Shown here piece after piece: positions 39,926 to 55,100 of a DNA stretch of 64,000 bases. The position numbers and the translations under genes were made by a program. Under the pieces are notes generated by a model. That model did not search any database and was not told the origin of the DNA. It worked only from the letters and a program-made list of their open reading frames with translations. Within the stretch, counting starts at the first letter, position 1. Every line of letters starts with the position of its first letter. Source of the stretch: Octopus bimaculoides. Its lineage: Eukaryota. The stretch lies in contig NC_068987.1 of assembly GCF_001194135.2 (NCBI RefSeq), forward strand, positions 6,979,983 through 7,043,982, written 5' to 3'.

Positions 39926-39967
39926 TATCAGCAATATGCTGATGCCAACGTCTGCTTGTGCGCAATC

Positions 39968-39973
39968 AATAAA
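39968..39973 (+). terminator. Putative polyadenylation signal AATAAA
   Basis: Just downstream of the stop codon of the 39696-39925 exon, followed by T-rich sequence at ~40050-40090. Confidence 0.4.
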
Positions 39974-40484
39974 CACGCTAAACTAGTGAGACTAGTGCAA
40001 GCAATAGAGACTAAAATAATATTCGCCCTGTTCTGCTGAGCACTAGTTATTACTTTTTATATTTTTTTCATTCATTGTTTTTTTTTTATATATAAATGTA
40101 TATTATAAATATATGTATATATAAAAACATATATATATACATAAATATATATNNNNNNNNNNNNNNNNNNNNNNNNNNNNNNNNNNNNNNNNNNNNNNNN
40201 NNNNNNNNNNNNNNNNNNNNNNNNNNNNNNNNNNNNNNNNNNNNNNNNNNNNNNNNNNNNNNNNNNNNNNNNNNNNNNNNNNNNNNNNNNNNNNNNNNNN
40301 NNNNNNNNNNNNNNNNNNNNNNNNNNNNNNNNNNNNNNNNNNNNNNNNNNNNNNNNNNNNNNNNNNNNNNNNNNNNNNNNNNNNNNNNNNNNNNNNNNNN
40401 NNNNNNNNNNNNNNNNNNNNNNNNNNNNNNNNNNNNNNNNNNNNNNNNNNNNNNNNNNNNNNNNNNNNNNNNNNNNNNNNNNNN

Positions 40485-40549
<65 letters not shown>

Positions 40550-41033
40550 AGTATGTATGTGCATATAGCCACATACATATATAAATATATATACATATAT
40601 ATAAATATGTATATATATATAAATATATATATATATATACAATTGGTCAGTTACTGGGTCACTTCCATTGTAGACGTTGTAGGTGGAGGGATTATGAAGC
40701 ATAAAGTACAAACAGTATATTGGTAAATATGCATATATATGTATATATAAATGTACGCATGCATGTATATATATATTATATATATAATATTTATATATAT
40801 ATTATAAATATGTATATAAGTATATAGATATATAGATACATCTATGTATATGTACGTTTGCATACATCTCTTAGTAAATTAGTACAAGCAATTATAATAC
40901 ACCATTTACAAATCACATCACATCAGACGCACAAAGAAATATATCTACGAAGTTATACATATATATATATATATATATACATATATATACATATATATAC
41001 ATATATGTATATACATATATACATATATATGTG

Positions 41034-41085
<52 letters not shown>

Positions 41086-41670
41086 CATAAATAGTTATAT
41101 ATATATATGTGCATATATATAACTATATATGCATATGCGTGTCTGTGTGTACGTATGTCTTAAAATATGTTTTTATTTGTATATATATATACATATACAT
41201 TATATATGCATATATATATGTATGTNNNNNNNNNNNNNNNNNNNNNNNNNNNNNNNNNNNNNNNNNNNNNNNNNNNNNNNNNNNNNNNNNNNNNNNNNNN
41301 NNNNNNNNNNNNNNNNNNNNNNNNNNNNNNNNNNNNNNNNNNNNNNNNNNNNNNNNNNNNNNNNNNNNNNNNNNNNNNNNNNNNNNNNNNNNNNNNNNNN
41401 NNNNNNNNNNNNNNNNNNNNNNNNNNNNNNNNNNNNNNNNNNNNNNNNNNNNNNNNNNNNNNNNNNNNNNNNNNNNNNNNNNNNNNNNNNNNNNNNNNNN
41501 NNNNNNNNNNNNNNNNNNNNNNNNNNNNNNNNNNNNNNNNNNNNNNNNNNNNNNNNNNNNNNNNNNNNNNNNNNNNNNNNNNNNNNNNNNNNNNNNNNNN
41601 NNNNNNNNNNNNNNNNNNNNNNNNNNNNNNNNNNNNNNNNNNNNNNNNNNNNNNNNNNNNNNNNNNNNNN

Positions 41671-41722
<52 letters not shown>

Positions 41723-42463
41723 CGCGTATATATATGTTTATAAATATGTATATATGTGCATATATTCGTTTGTATGTATATGTATGAGTCTATTTATGCC
41801 TGGTTCTTACAATCATTCGTACACACAAATATACATACACTCACACCCACACATCCACATACACACACTAAGTGGGGAAAATGGAACACATGTAGCAGGC
41901 AACATGGAGTCTGGCTGATTGGAAACACTCTTCCATCATAATAATCTTTCGCTGTGTATTCATTATCATTGAGCCTTTGCATAATATTTGTTCCCATCTT
42001 TCTCTAACTCGCCCTTATTATGTCACTCTACCTAAATATATTACAATCTAATGCATCCACCTAACCTAAATATCAATTTTTTGTAGCAGATTCCATACCC
42101 AAGAAATAATGAATCATATAAAAGAGAAATGTAAAGATGAACAAATGTAACATATTAGCATTTATAAACAATTTTCTCTTATGATTTTCTTTTACATACT
42201 AACTTCATATTTTGTTAAATAATCCTCATATTATAAAAAGTGAATACAATTTTTTCCATTACGTTGTTTATTGTTCCAGTACTGGTCTCTCTTCTCTCCT
42301 CGGTATTTATGCATTTCATATGTAAATGCATGAGTATAGACTCGCACATACATTTTACGTGTGTGTGTGTGTGTGTGTGTATGCGAACAGAATGCTATAT
42401 ATAGATGTGAATTATATAAATACATTGACATAGAAACCTACACACAGACACACACAGATATAC

Positions 42464-42494
<31 letters not shown>

Positions 42495-44153
42495 CACACA
42501 CACACATAAATATTATATGCTGACATATATATATATATTTATACAGTATATATATGTATGCATACAGTATATATATATGTACATATGTATCTATTATGTT
42601 TGTGTGTGTGCGCGCGCGTGTGTACGTACGTGAACTTGTGCCCAAACAGAAACATTACTTCGACGACATGTTCACATTTAAGATAAGCAATTAAGTATAA
42701 AGTAAGCTATTCAATTAGCAATGTTTCCACATCGTAGAGTCGCGTGAAACGTCGACCATCGGTGCTACAATACTTTTGTATTTTTGCCTTTCCGAATTTA
42801 TCTGTGTGGAATTGTTTATAGTTGTCAAAGTGTAAAGATATTTACATTCAATTTTCAGAGAGAACACATTTTCTCCTTTTTGATCAACATTGAATAGGAA
42901 GACTATGATTTAATCGATCTTCAAGATTTTATCAGAGTATGCATGTTTTATATCGATATTCTGATAAGCTCTATGATATTATATGGTAAGGTCTATGTGT
43001 TTATCACACTGAAAATAGTTCTAAAGGAACTTGTTCGCTATGTCCAGCAAATGTACTTACGCAACCATCTGATTACTTGATAGCAATTAACAATAGTCTG
43101 GGAACATCTGTCACTTTGACAAGCTTTATTTTTCTAGCGATGCGTAACTACAAGGAACCTTGTCATAACGTACTGTAATTGGATAAGATCCAACCCAGTC
43201 ACCACCGTCAAGAATGTAGAATTTATACTAGAATAAATGTTGCAAATAACAACACCAGAATCATCTCTGAGAGACCGGGACCATAATTAGCGACATAGAA
43301 AAATTTGCATCTGTGTTTATTGAATGCCATATAGTGATAATGATAAGAATGTTTAGGTAGAATTTTGTCAAATGTCAAAATAGAACAGTATGGAATGAAT
43401 GAATTTTAATTAAAAACAATTCATGCACATTATTATTTAACGATGTGTCTTGAATCAAATACATACATTTCTAGATGCGAATTTTCGTATACAAAGGCAT
43501 GAATATTCTTGGGAGACAAGAGAGATCAATATATTTTATTACTTTTATTTATCTTTTGTTACATTCTATATTTTCATTTAAATGATTTATTACTATTTTA
43601 TAAGAAAAGACAACGATAGGATAACTTCGACAATCTGGCGTGCATTGTGTTGATTTTATGGTCGCTATAGATCATATAGTCTCTATTCGGCCATGTATAC
43701 GTAGACTATCAGATCGAAATGTAACATGTACGATATCTGAGTTAGAGTGGCCTTGACAATTTTTGATGCTTCAGAAGTTGCGAATGTGTTTGTTCACTTT
43801 GTATCTTCAAACCATATTTGTGATATAAAATTTAATTTTACGTATGAAGAAGTACATAAATGGAAACGTGGATTTCGGGAAGTCTATAGATTTCAGAAGT
43901 CTATATGATGACTTGTATATGTACATGTTTACGCACACACACGCACACACAAACACAAACGCACGCACGCAGATTTACACACATATATTCAATCATATAT
44001 ACATGCTGTTACGTATATGTAAATCAGTATATATATATATAATATATATACTGGATATACGTGTGACTATATATATGTACATATACACTTATTTGTATAT
44101 ATATACATATACATACATATACATGTTTACATATATATATGTATATATATATG

Positions 44154-44290
<137 letters not shown>

Positions 44291-45369
44291 CTATCTATAT
44301 GTGTGCACATGTGCTAGCGTGTGTGAATGCGAATGCATCTGTGTAAGTGTGTGCGCATGTGTATGTATCTGTGTATGTTGTGTGTGTGTATGCGTGTGTA
44401 TATGTGTGTGTGTGGGTCCGTGTGCGCGCGCGCGTGCGTGTGTGTTTGTGTGTGTGTGTGCTAAATTTCATGACCCAATACTGTGATCATAAGCGTGCTG
44501 TGTAGCGTTCATTTAATTAAATGAAGCAATGATAAGTTACCGTTGAATCATACGCCCGGTATTTCTTTCTATTAATTTTTATTTCCATTTTTTAATACTT
44601 TGCTGTTAAACATAGGAACTCTTTTTCTGTATTTTCCTTTTAAATGTTCTGGGTTTGTTTTTACTTTAATAATAAGATAAAATAACAAATTCAATGATTT
44701 TTTTTTATCATTTTCCTTATTAATTTCACTAACCTGACAAAGTGTTTTGTTATTTTTCTTTAACTGTTATTGTTATGCTATTGAAATTGTTGAATATATA
44801 ATGTTAAATGCTAAGTCACTCAACTAAGAGCATATTTATTGGAATGTGTCAACAGTTCAGTGGACGAGAAGGTGTTTTAACTGTTGTGTTTATTACTCTT
44901 TTCCTATTCTGCGGAGATGAATAAAGTCAGAAAAAGAAGAAAAGTAGAATGGAAAGGAAAAGAAAATATCAGAGTGAAAGTAAAATTTGCGGCAATGCAA
45001 GTGGGATAACATGGAATTGTTTTCACACTGTCAGAATAACGAAAGGATTAAATGAAATATTTGTACAGATTTAAGCAGAGTAATTCGACAATGATTGCAA
45101 TAGTATGGCAAATTTTATTTACGTCAAATATACCTGCTACGTATTTGTGCCAAAAAAAAAAAATGATGAATATTACAGGTGAATATATTCTAAACAACAC
45201 GGTATTTTTCTTCTTTTTTTTTGTCATATTTGTCGCCTCAAATATTGTGACTATAGTTGTTGTTCTCGAATACATATGTGATGATCACTCTTATGATGAT
45301 CAACATCAGGATAGTGTTCATCATGACGGAAATGGGGATAATGTGGATGATACGGATGCTGATGCATAT

Positions 45370-45470
45370 GAAGACGACAGTAACGACGAAGACGACGACG
45401 ACGAAGACGACGACGAAGACGACGACGAAGACGACGACGAAGACGACGACGACGATGATGATGATTATAA
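45370..45470. repeat. (GAC)3GAA-type 12-bp periodic repeat within a GAT-rich tract
   Basis: gaagacgacgac units; source of the poly-Asp ORF 45052-45507. Confidence 0.9.
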
Positions 45471-46339
45471 TAGTCACGATAATGACGAAGCTTTGACATT
45501 TGCATAATGTTTGTATTGTAATGACGAAATGCATTTTAAAATTTATATTATTTTGTGATACTTAGAAACATACAACTATAGAAAAAGTTGTAATCAACTA
45601 ACCTCATATTAAAATATATCTATATAAATACTTAAGCACGAAGATGCAAATATACGCATACAATTTCACCGTCATACATGTAAGAGTATTCTCAATACGC
45701 ACGTGTGTATGGAAGCATGTATTCATGCTTAGGTAGTTGGATAAATTTAAGCAAATGTATGCAAGTATATCCATATAAGTCATAAATGTATTTTTGTCTC
45801 AGTATATTGGAGACAATGTATGACGGTTGCCGCACTGATGTCGAATTTTGTTTGTTGAGATTATCTCTAATTCTTATAAGATGGTTCTAGTTACCAGAAG
45901 ACAATTGTGTTGACTTCCCTGGAAGCAGAGATAATATCAATAGATCTAGAATTTACTTCGTATCATATTATCTGTAACTATTATTAAAACTTCATCATCG
46001 TGGTTCGAAAACATGGCACAAATACTTCCGATTTATTTCTCATTTCTCTAATGATATATCCGATGAACGGGAACGTGAAACTACGAGTAACAGTTTTTTG
46101 TTATATTTCTGCTGCTTTTAAATAAAGTATATATATATATATNNNNNNNNNNNNNNNNNNNNNNNNNNNNNNNNNNNNNNNNNNNNNNNNNNNNNNNNNN
46201 NNNNNNNNNNNNNNNNNNNNNNNNNNNNNNNNNNNNNNNNNNNNNNNNNNNNNNNNNNNNNNNNNNNNNNNNNNNNNNNNNNNNNNNNNNNNNNNNNNNN
46301 NNNNNNNNNNNNNNNNNNNNNNNNNNNNNNNNNNNNNNN

Positions 46340-46384
<45 letters not shown>

Positions 46385-47454
46385 TCATGCATACGCACAT
46401 ATAAGTATGTGTGTATACACATATGTATGCATGTATGTATAGATATGTCTTTTGTAACACTGTTATTGTTGACAACTCTCAGAAGCAATGTTTCCATATT
46501 CCGAAGAGAACCCATTTCTTCATAAGCAAAGAACAACAGTTAATGTAGGCCCGAACACTCGTTTACTTTTTGTTCTCTTCTACGACAGAGTGGTTCAAAC
46601 GCAATTGATTACCATTGACAAGACTAACAGATGTATTGATGATGTTGCTCCTCTCGGCCTCACTCTTTGTGAAAATATGTGTGCTTGTATGTGCGTGTGC
46701 GTGAGTCTGTGATATGTGTGTGTCTGTAAATACACGTGTGAGTATATATTTATACAAACACACCAACACACCAAGTATTGTTTAGCACTTTCTCCTACTT
46801 TCAAACTGCATTCATGATATATTTAGAAAATATATTTTATTATGCATATATAGTTACCTACATACATATATACACAGAGCGTTGTGGATTTGTGGGTTGG
46901 AGCTTGGTTATTTGTGTGTACACATGTATGATTATGTGTGTGTTTGTGCATGTGCAACAGCGTTGAGAGTGTTTCTTATGTGTATTTCCTTAATTTTATA
47001 CAGAGAAATACTGAAGCTTTCAAAAGTTAGTTTCCTTCTGAAATACGACGTCCTGACTTAATAATTGATACAGTTGACAAATATTTGAATGGATTTATAG
47101 GTGTGCGTGTATGTATCGTATTCAACTTAACATTTAAGAACTAACTTCTTTAAGAGCTAACATTTAAGATCTAACCGTATAAACAAATGCAAAACACATT
47201 TTGAAACGAGAATCAGTTTGTGACCCGTTAAATGAAAGTTGGATGAAGAAGGCAAACCAGATGAAGCAATATGGAGAACATTTTCTGTTCAGTGTATTGT
47301 TTCTGCAAAATTATTAAAAGCAAATTAATCTGAAGTAGAAACAATAGTATTGTATCAATAAATATGTACATAAAATGTTTTACTAAAATTATACATAACA
47401 ACCTAACGAGCTGGGTATTGCTGACATCTGACACGTAAAATACCCGCGAAGAAC

Positions 47455-47491
47455 AATAATGATAATAACTATAACAATAACAATGACAATG

Positions 47492-47562
<71 letters not shown>

Positions 47563-47660
47563 CATAATTATAATTATAATAATAATAATAATAATAATAA
47601 TAACGATAATAATAATATTGATGATGATGATGATTATGATAATGATAATGATAATAATAA
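47455..47660. repeat. (AAT)n / (GAT)n microsatellite
   Basis: Direct inspection. Confidence 0.95.
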
Positions 47661-49840
47661 TAACCAGAAAAAGAATAATACCAAGAAGAATAATTTCACG
47701 TATGTGATGTACTGACGTAAACATTCGTACAAGACGTGTTACAAAACAAAATAAGGTNNNNNNNNNNNNNNNNNNNNNNNNNNNNNNNNNNNNNNNNNNN
47801 NNNNNNNNNNNNNNNNNNNNNNNNNNNNNNNNNNNNNNNNNNNNNNNNNNNNNNNNNNNNNNNNNNNNNNNNNNNNNNNNNNNNNNNNNNNNNNNNNNNN
47901 NNNNNNNNNNNNNNNNNNNNNNNNNNNNNNNNNNNNNNNNNNNNNNNNNNNNNNNNNNNNNNNNNNNNNNNNNNNNNNNNNNNNNNNNNNNNNNNNNNNN
48001 NNNNNNNNNNNNNNNNNNNNNNNNNNNNNNNNNNNNNNNNNNNNNNNNNNNNNNNNNNNNNNNNNNNNNNNNNNNNNNNNNNNNNNNNNNNNNNNNNNNN
48101 NNNNNNNNNNNNNNNNNNNNNNNNNNNNNNNNNNNNNNNNNNNNNNNNNNNNNNNNNNNNNNNNNNNNNNNNNNNNNNNNNNNNNNNNNNNNNNNNNNNN
48201 NNNNNNNNNNNNNNNNNNNNNNNNNNNNNNNNNNNGTCTCAGTTATAATATTTTCCCAATCACTGATCTCCAGTTTGTTCTGCAAACCAATCATCCCGTC
48301 ATTTGCAATTTGACCGTGAATCATCGGAACTAATTTGGAGTTGGGGGAGGATGATCTCTTTTCACCACTTTGCATTTTTTCTGGAATCATTCATTTGATC
48401 TTTCTTATTGCCGTTACTCTCAATTTGTTAATCTATTCCTGTTTTGTAATTTGCTAGCAGCGAGTAGTGTCAATTATTATTACATCTGCTCAACTCAAAG
48501 TAAGCTGTAGCCAACGTTTCGACGCTCGTCCTACTCATCGGCTCCTGACAATAAAAAGGAGACGATTTCTTTCATCATATTCCTAGGTACTCCAGGCGTA
48601 CTGCGGAAAGGTTGATATTTGGGACCTGCTATTGTTGATGCTCTCTCTGTTGTTGTCAGATGCTATGTTTCCTCCATTGGTTTTCCCTCCCTCTAGGCAA
48701 ACAAAAAACATTCAAACAGCACAGCCTCCCACACGTATAATATCTGGGATTTTCGCCATCCATTTAATTACAATCGTCTGTATATTAATAATGGAGAAAA
48801 CACCGAAGATGTTCTGTGATTTTTGGTAGTCATCAGGATCTGCATACTTGTGCGATCCCCACTCCACCGCACGTTCTTACGTCAACTCAGTGCTCACCAT
48901 TTGGCCGTAGTATGGTTAAAAGAAGTGACAAAAGCCGAAGAGGTACCGCCTGTGTCAAGGTGCCGGACTATGACTCTCTTACGTGCTTCGCCTGCGCATA
49001 TATATCGTGGCACCTCCCTGTCTTCTCATCTCGTTTTCAATCTTAAATCAGGCACACACTGCTTCACATCTTGCATTCATCTTCGCCGCATATTTGGTAT
49101 CATACATCTGATACGATTTTCTCAACTGCCCCATCGGGGATATATGGACAGCCTCTACATTTATCGTAAAGCAGAGCTATGATACTTTCTTCCTCTCCTT
49201 CCTCAATATAATCTTTAGACTGGAGGTAGTGTTTTGTGGAGTACATCTTCAACGTATTTTTTCCGAAAGCTGATCCATGCCCATCACTCCTCTCTAGTAT
49301 GCATCACTTGCAAACGATGAGTTGCTACTTTTACATATATTTCCCAAAATTCTGTCAACGTGATTGTCTATGTCTGCGTCTACGTCTTTTCAATACAATT
49401 GTCATAAAAACATCATTTCCGTTTTGTTTTAATATTTTCTAACATGTTTCAAAACTTTCGAGGAGCGTCTTCTTTGTTGTCAGGCTTATGTGCAACACCA
49501 ATTCCTGCTCCCCCAGATGACACCATATTATAGGGTTTAAAAAGCATAGAGTGTGTGCAAGGAAGTATTTTATTTCTTCCAGTTCGAGTAATGGTATGGA
49601 TAATCAAAAGTTCTAAATTAATTCAACCGCAAAATGCATCAATAATACAGTACTTTTATTAAACACCCGATATAAAAATCTTTTTCAAACCGATTATAAA
49701 CATTATATGAAATTACCTATTATATAATGAAATATCTTTAAGCGGTTCTTCAGCATGGCCACAGTCAAAAAGACTGAAACAAGTAAAAGAGTATATACAC
49801 ACCCGCATGTATGTATGTATATATGTATATTTGTATATAT

Positions 49841-50211
49841 AGGCGCAGGAGTGGTTGTGTGGTAAGTAGCTTGCTTACCAACCACATGGTTCTGGGTTCA
49901 GTTCCATTGCGTGGCATCTTGGGCAAGTTTCTTCTACTAGAGCCTCAGGCCGACCAAAGCCTTGTGAGTGGATTTGGTAGACGGAGACTGAAAGAAGCCC
50001 GTCGTGTATATGTATATATATATATATATGTGTGTGTGTATATGTTTGTGTTTGTCTTTGTCCCCCTAACATTGCTTGACAACCGATGCTGGTGTGTTTA
50101 CGTCCCCGTAACTTAGCGGTTCGGCAAAACAGATCGATAGAATAAGTACTAGGCTTACAAAGAATAAGATTTTGAGTCGATTTGCTCGACTAAAGGCGGT
50201 GCTCCAGAATG
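49841..50211 (+). mobile_element. Near full-length tRNA-derived SINE (octopus-type)
   Basis: A-box-like tggttgtgtgg and B-box-like gggttcagttcc in the head, internal (TA/TG)n spacer, conserved 3' body ending ggcggtgctccag; other copies in this window. Confidence 0.85.
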
Positions 50212-51101
50212 GAGCTGAACTATTTGGCGGCTTACGAAGAAGCTTTTTTGTTGTTTCGTAACAGGATGTATGCTTCGAACTTAGAAGCNNNNNNNNNNNN
50301 NNNNNNNNNNNNNNNNNNNNNNNNNNNNNNNNNNNNNNNNNNNNNNNNNNNNNNNNNNNNNNNNNNNNNNNNNNNNNNNNNNNNNNNNNNNNNNNNNNNN
50401 NNNNNNNNNNNNNNNNNNNNNNNNNNNNNNNNNNNNNNNNNNNNNNNNNNNNNNNNNNNNNNNNNNNNNNNNNNNNNNNNNNNNNNNNNNNNNNNNNNNN
50501 NNNNNNNNNNNNNNNNNNNNNNNNNNNNNNNNNNNNNNNNNNNNNNNNNNNNNNNNNNNNNNNNNNNNNNNNNNNNNNNNNNNNNNNNNNNNNNNNNNNN
50601 NNNNNNNNNNNNNNNNNNNNNNNNNNNNNNNNNNNNNNNNNNNNNNNNNNNNNNNNNNNNNNNNNNNNNNNNNNNNNNNNNNNNNNNNNNNNNNNNNNNN
50701 NNNNNNNNNNNNNNNNNNNNNNNNNNNNNNNNNNNNNNNNNNNNNNNNNNNNNNNNNNNNNNNNNNNNNNNNNNNNNNNNNNNNNNNNNNATATATATAT
50801 ATATATACACACACCTAAATCACATTCCCTCATATATATGTGTATGTATATATGCTTGTGTCTGTGTGTTTTGTTTAATTTTATATACTAGTTTTTTTTT
50901 TCTATTTTCCTTAACTATTTTTCGTTGATCATTGCTCATGTCCATTTTTTGTTGTTGTTAGAAATATGAATTTATACGCATCCAAATTCAGTCACATGAT
51001 CAGTGACAACCAGAGTACTGTGAATAAAAATCGCAAAACAATCTCAACGCTACAGTATATACTTATTCTCAGAATTATGTGCGAACGCATTTGTGTGCTA
51101 C

Positions 51102-51145
<44 letters not shown>

Positions 51146-51568
51146 GTTAGTGTGTATATGCGTGTGTGTGTGTGTGTGTGTGTGTGTCAGTGTGTGAGAG
51201 CCTGTGTATATACATGCGTGTGTGTGTGTGTGTGTGTGTGCATTGCGTATGTAGTGTGTGATATTTGTAAGTATTGTTGTTTGGCTCGGTTAAGACTTAA
51301 GAACTATCATTTTATGTTGGAAAGGAATAGAAATCATTTTCATTATTAGTTATTTATGAGACAAATATGCGGAATATTTGCCTCTAGAATTACTAAGCTA
51401 CAAAATTTCGTTTAAGGTGAACACCCCAACCCCACACATATCATGAGAAGAGTATTGTCGAAGATATTTAGTAATTTTTATTCAGCCTAAGTATAAAATG
51501 ACCAATAAAATCTGAGTAATACTTAAAAATTTATAGAAATCTTCCGATTACGAGAAATGTGAGGAATA

Positions 51569-51609
<41 letters not shown>

Positions 51610-51659
51610 TGAATATACGTTGTATTATTATTATATAACTGTTCAATATTTGGTAGTTT

Positions 51660-51925
51660 GAGGCAAATTTCTACTGCATCACCTGCAACACCTCTCTGTT
51701 GCTGGTCTATGTGCAGCACTGTGTGTTCTTTTCTGCTGTTAGGAGCATGAAAACTCTTCCCGGTAACGTACTGTGTTAGTTTTTTTTCTCTCGTGGTGTA
51801 GTGCAGTTTTTTGTTGTGCTACTGCTTGTATTGTGTGCTGAGTGTGTAATGCTTTGGTTTTCTAGTTTGCTGGTGGAGGTTTATTTCACTGGATAAATGC
51901 TGTATAGTGTCTTGTATTTTGTGGG
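51660..51925 (-). mobile_element. Possible very decayed non-LTR 3' end next to an (ATT)n tract
   Basis: Composition and position resemble 29690-29900, but no intact motif remains. Confidence 0.25.
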
Positions 51926-51990
<65 letters not shown>

Positions 51991-52037
51991 AATAATAATA
52001 ATAACAATAATAATAATAATATGTAAAGCAACGACAG

Positions 52038-52230
52038 CGAGCTGGCAAATTCGTTAGGACGCCGGGCAGAATGCTTAGCGGCATTTCGTCCGTTTTTACG
52101 TTCTGATTTCAAATTCTGCCAAGGTTGGCTTTATCGTTCATCTTTTCGGGGTTAATAAAATAAGTACCAGTCGAGCACTGGGGTGGATGTAATCGTCTAG
52201 TCCTCTCCCCTGAAATTTCAGGCCTTCTGC
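52038..52230 (+). mobile_element. SINE (second family)
   Basis: Aligns with 17704-17905. Confidence 0.8.
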
Positions 52231-52311
52231 TAATTAATATTAAAAAGGATTTAATAATATATAAAATATTATTTTTAATAATAATAATAATAGTAATCTT
52301 TTCTACTAAAG

Positions 52312-52506
52312 GAACAGGGCCTGAAATTTTGGGGAACGAAACTAGGCAATCACATCAACCCCAGTACTCGACTGGTACAGTATTACATCGGCCCCGAAAG
52401 GATGAAAGACAAAGTCGAGCTCAGCGGAATTTGAACTCGGAACGTAGAAGCAGACGAAATACCGCTAACCATTTCGCCCAGTGTGCTAACGCTTCTGCCA
52501 GCTCAC
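52312..52506 (-). mobile_element. SINE (second family), inverted
   Basis: Reverse complement gtgagctggcagaagcgttagcacactgggcgaaatggttagcggtatttcgtc...gagttcaaattccgc aligns with 52038-52230. Confidence 0.85.
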
Positions 52507-52656
52507 TAATAATAATAATAATGATATCTGTGATGTCAAAATGGCAGTACACATTTATTAGAATGCGATATATGAATGTGTTTTTCTGTTTGTGTCCCTC
52601 TCTCCATATATATATGTGTGCATGTGTATTTATATAGAGATACAGAGATGTACACA

Positions 52657-52697
<41 letters not shown>

Positions 52698-54599
52698 GCA
52701 CGCACGTTCGCACATACACAACTACACATACATATACATATATGTATATATATATGTGAATATATATGCATATATATATAAGCATATATACATACATACA
52801 CACATATATACATGCATACATACATACACACATGTTTCTATATGTAGTTGTCAGTGTTGATATATTTCCAATATTTTATACCGTACTTGATAACTTTGGA
52901 TGCGGAATACTATAAATATACCGTTATTAGATGACTTTGTAGAAAGCTTTGAAGGTAGATTTGATCTCAGAATAATACTGTTGCAAAGAAGGAACAAAGA
53001 TAAGTCAGGATTCCGGTTAGGTACAGGAAATATCTATATGATATTTTATTTTATTGATACTCGTTTTTCTTAGTTATGCTTGTCTTTATATTTACTTGAT
53101 GGTATCGTCCACAGTAAACTTACTTCTTCAATACTTCCATATTTTCAGTAACCAAATGCATCTCTCTTGCCACATATTCTCTGCCTACTTTAGAATTATA
53201 GTTTTATTTAGAAATATATTTACTTTACAAATACATTACTACTTATTAAACACAGAATTCTCTTTTTGTAAATTTCCCGCAAATGTCTTTATATCTCTCG
53301 CACAAAATGCATCTCATTACGTTCCTTGAAATTATGAATGAGGCATTTTCACGTATAAATATGTGAACTCTGGAATAAGTATCTTCTCAGCTGATTTCAG
53401 TAAATATGTTCGTTTACGGATCATAAATTAGAAATCAGGATATATAAATTGTGTAAATGAAAGGAGTTGTGTTTTTATCAGCACTCGAGAATGGAAAAAT
53501 TCCATTTGTAAATGTTTTCATTTATAAAATTTTGATTTTTAAAATCACAAAAGTAAATGCACAAACACACAGATACACACAGAGGCAATCACCCACACAC
53601 ACACACACACGCACACACACCTAGGCAAACAGACACACCTACACAAACACACACACACACATATCAACAGAAAAAGACACATGGCACGAAAATACACGGT
53701 ATAATTCATTCCATAAAACAGAAACGGACCATGCTTTTTCGTATTATTATTGATACTGTGATAGTTATTACTTAATTGGCACATTGATATTCTGATATTA
53801 ACTTCATGGGGGTATATAATCAGCGATAAACAAAACGATATGCTTTCACAATAATGTTAGAATGAAAACTATATGAAATATGCAGATGTTTGCGTTTGTA
53901 TATATTGATTTGTTAGAATATAATATGCTGGTGTCATAAAAAGAGACAGCAATAACTAAAGATTTGATGGTGATTGTACAAACATTGATTGCATTAGACA
54001 AACAGCGAAAGTAACAAAAAGCAAAACCAGTTTTCGTTAAAGCGGAATTTTTTTTTAACTCGAACGACGATACGAACAAATGTCTAGGATAATGATGATG
54101 CAGATGATAATGAGGTTTGCAATGACGAGGAATGTGATAATTTTGAAGATGATGAGGAGGAGGAGGAGAAAGGGGGAAATGATAATGATTATGATGATGT
54201 CGATGATGAGAACGATGAGGATGCTCATAATGTTATATTATATATTTGTTCGAAGGAAACTCAATGACCGGTGATTAGCTCCAGCCCACTTATGCTCTTG
54301 AAGCAGAAAATATCAACACAAACCCCAAATATTATACACATAGGCACATGGATTCATGAAAGAAACAAATATTACCTCAAATTTTGCATACTTACATCTA
54401 AAAAGGTGCTGTATATTCTCCGCAGATAGTAAATTTATGATACATCAAGTCAATAATATGACCACGGGAACAAATTTTTACTAATCTCTGTAATCAAATA
54501 CGGTAGAAGCTTTCCTGATATAGCACTGTACAACCAAACAGTCAAATGTACCATGTTATAGGACTAGAGAGATGGCATAATAATAGGAAGGAGACACAA

Positions 54600-55100
54600 A
54601 TAAGCACCAATGAGTGAGCGACATTCCACCAGCGCACATCCAATGTTGGTTAAGTTGTAAGTCCATATTTGTTAAAATTTCATCAGCTGAAAGCGATTTT
54701 CTTCATATTTTTACTCTTATCGTTATATCCGATTCCTTGGGAGCATATGAGATTATTAGCAGCGTCTGGTGTCTCGGATTTCGCTTCGACGCCATGTTGC
54801 GATCCGATTGACCTGCAAGATATTGAGGTCAATTTCTTCGCTTTGTTTCATCTTTTAAGGTCAAGCCACCCCGCAAGCCATTTATTATTTCTTCAGTTTA
54901 CCTAGCCTCAATTCTTTAACGAATATACTACATGCTCGCTTCTATGAGGCAGGCCTTCCGTAGGCTCAGTTGTCCGGTACAGTTACAGCTTGGTTGGAAC
55001 TTTCAGGGCATGTCCCGCTCCCATAGCTACCGAAAAGTCATTGCGACTGTTGCACCACTATGAGGTAGAGAAGTAGGATTTCGCAACGGTCAAGCAAATT
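54600..55100 (-). mobile_element. Probable RTE-clade LINE 5' region remnant
   Basis: Minus strand ...aacattggatgtgcgctggtggaatgtcgctcactc resembles the APE N-terminal G-x-WNVRSL motif; upstream UTR resembles recalled RTE 5' ends. Confidence 0.35.

Noticed and set aside
45052-45507. Acidic Asp-rich 151-aa ORF
   Set aside because: Produced by GAT/GAC repeats; no convincing splice sites, and its N-terminus is AT-rich intron-like sequence.
46600-46690. Strong acceptor followed by VVQTQLITIDKTNRCIDDVAPLGLTLCEN (faint ricin-repeat resemblance)
   Set aside because: No good donor, no QxW motif and no compatible neighbouring exon.
49841-49915. tRNA-like A and B boxes as a tRNA gene
   Set aside because: No cloverleaf or anticodon arm; continues into a SINE body repeated elsewhere in the window.
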